From Felis catus (taxonomy: Eukaryota), in NCBI RefSeq assembly GCF_018350175.1, contig NC_058383.1:20090001-20154000 (forward strand): a DNA stretch of 64,000 bases, given 5' to 3'. The position numbers and the translations under genes are program-made. Shown in pieces: positions 62,236 to 64,000 of this stretch (position 1 is its first letter; the number at the start of each line of letters is the position of its first letter). The notes beneath the pieces are model-generated. The model ran no database searches, was not told the DNA's origin, and saw only the letters and a program-made list of their open reading frames with translations.

Positions 62236-62546
62236 TAACAGACACTGAGAAGCAAACTAAACAAAAGAAAATTGCCCAACAACTATTCATATTTTTACAT
62301 CTATGTACTTACTTACCTGTCTACCTTGCTGTCTGTAGAATACGTATGGCCATCGCAGGGATATTCTCTCATGACCCACTTTTCACTTTACAACATAGCC
62401 ATCAATTCCGTATCAACAAAGACAGATGCGCATAGTTTTAAGCAGGTTAATCATATTATATTTGTATGGATTACTTTCTTTCATCAGTCCTTTATGGTTG
62501 GATATTTATACCGCTTACAGTTGACGGATATTATAAACGCTATTGT

Positions 62547-62760
62547 GGGGGTGCCTGGGTGGCTCAGTCCATTAAGCATCCGACTGCGGCTCAGGTCATG
62601 ATCTCACAGCTCGTGAGTTCGAGCCCCGCGTCCGGCTCTGTGCTGACAGCTCGGAGCCTGGAGCCTGCGTCCGATGCTGTGTCTCCCTCTCTCTGCCCCT
62701 CCGCTGCTCATGCTCTCTTTCTCTCTGTCTGAAAAATAAATAAAACATTAAAAAAATAAG
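62547..62760 (+). mobile_element. CanSINE within an old L1ME-like fragment (~62165-62820, minus strand)
   Basis: TSD ATAAA(C/T)GCTAT(T/C)GT; B box GAGTTCGAGCCC. Confidence 0.94.
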
Positions 62761-62984
62761 ATAAATGCTATCGTCATTACGATCTTTGCACATGAGTCTT
62801 TGTGCAGTTGTTTCCTCAGGAAAACTCTCGTGTGTTTGCAATAGGTAGGGAGCTGAGGCTCGACAGAAGGGGTGTTGTCAGCAAAAGAATCAGGGAAAGC
62901 CAAGGCACAGAATCAAGGGAGCACAGGCAGATTTGGAAAGCCATCACTGGAGATGAAGGAAGTCGATGGACAGTTACTCTGGGC

Positions 62985-63210
62985 CACTTGTGTGCCAGGC
63001 ACTGTGCTATGGGCTTTCACACGTACCAATTTGTGTCGTCTTCTAAGAACCACTTGAGGGGCACTGAGCTAGTCCCACTTGACTGATGAGGTAACCCCAA
63101 CCGAAGCACAGAGAGGGAGAGTTACCTGCCCGCGGTCACACAGTGAGCTGTGGCGTCAAGAGGGCATCTCAGTTTGTGGGACCCCCAAAGCTCAGGCTCG
63201 GTTCACTGCC
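62985..63210 (-). mobile_element. MIR SINE
   Basis: TGTGCCAGGCACTGTGCT...GAAGCACAGAGAGG...GTTACCTGCCCGCGGTCACACAG. Confidence 0.75.
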
Positions 63211-63460
63211 ATGAGGGTAGAAAGTGGCACTCACGGTCGCCATGCTAGCTGTTTCATAATAATGCCCCTAGTTTTGCCCGGACGTCATTACTTAGGTGGA
63301 CGTGTAAAAAGAGACAGAATGGAGAATCTTGTGTGTTCAGGCTGGTACCGACCACAGAGCGGACCCCGAGCCTTCATTCCCTTCTCACGAGGTCGGGTGA
63401 TGTCAGCAAAACTTCTTGCTCGGAAATATATTGTTTTGAACTTGGCAACCTGTAAGCTCG

Positions 63461-63474
63461 GTTGCCATGGTTAC
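63461..63474. promoter_or_regulatory. RFX X-box motif
   Basis: GTTGCCATGGTTAC; reverse complement GTAACC-AT-GGCAAC fits GTNRCC(N0-3)RGYAAC; extra half-site TGGCAAC about 15 bp upstream. Confidence 0.45.
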
Positions 63475-63694
63475 CAGAGAGCCCTGGGGAATGATATACA
63501 CAAAGGGTGGTCTTGAAACACAATCAAGTCCCTTCCCCTCCAGCCTCAACCCGAGCTGGCGACAGTCTTTGACAGATTCTCCTGTGCCCAGGGAACCCCA
63601 CACCAAAGCGTTCGTGACAAGACACCCCACGCTTTCAGTGCATAATAACACTTCACAGGGACAGAAGGAAGCACTTTATGTGGATTATTTTCTC

Positions 63695-63850
63695 TAATTC
63701 TCCCCAAACCCTGCATGAGATATGCTACTATTTTTCCCATTTTATAGCTGAAGCCACAGAGACACAGAGGAGTTAAAAGGCTTTGCCCCAGTGTCAGTCA
63801 CACAGCTAGCAAATAAATGGCATCCTGGCTCTGGAACCAGCGCTCAGAAA
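63695..63850 (-). mobile_element. MIR SINE
   Basis: TTCCCATTTTATAGCTGAAG...GAGACACAGAGGAGTTAA...TTGCCC...GTCACACAGCTAGCAAAT. Confidence 0.75.
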
Positions 63851-64000
63851 TGGCCCATCCTTTCCAGAGCCACAACCTTCAGAGCAAGTCACAGGCATCT
63901 TGTTGGTACCTGGCTCTGAAGATTCCCAGAAGGGAATATGATCCTACAGGGGCCATAAAAGGCTTTAGGCAAGAAAGATACGAGACGTTAGCAGGGATGT

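Noticed and set aside
1..64000. A previously undescribed multi-gene system or a named host gene
   Set aside because: No host coding exons were recognisable; the content is explained by known repeat classes plus putative regulatory DNA. Small exons of a large gene cannot be excluded without alignment.

Overview
Mammalian, almost certainly felid (cat-family), non-coding DNA. The assignment rests on about 26 carnivore tRNA-derived CanSINE/SINEC copies, several of the young feline type, and a feline-like L1. I find no host protein-coding exon, rRNA/tRNA gene, CRISPR array or prokaryote-style system. The only real long ORF (14930-16702) is the uninterrupted C-terminal half of LINE-1 ORF2 in a young 5'-truncated L1 inserted into a MER102 transposon fossil. 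The rest is a mosaic of old L1, L2, MIR, MLT1 (MaLR) solo LTRs, hAT/Tigger DNA-transposon fossils and microsatellites. It is interspersed with unique AT-rich, homeodomain-motif-dense blocks and a GC/CpG-rich island (~56.9-58.6 kb) that look like distal regulatory elements of a gene outside the window. The sequence does not support a new biological system; the best leads are candidate enhancers, nested or chimeric retroposon structures and a possible very old Gypsy/ERV-like pol relic. Repeat family names come from my recall of consensus sequences and need RepeatMasker/Dfam confirmation; boundaries of old elements are approximate.
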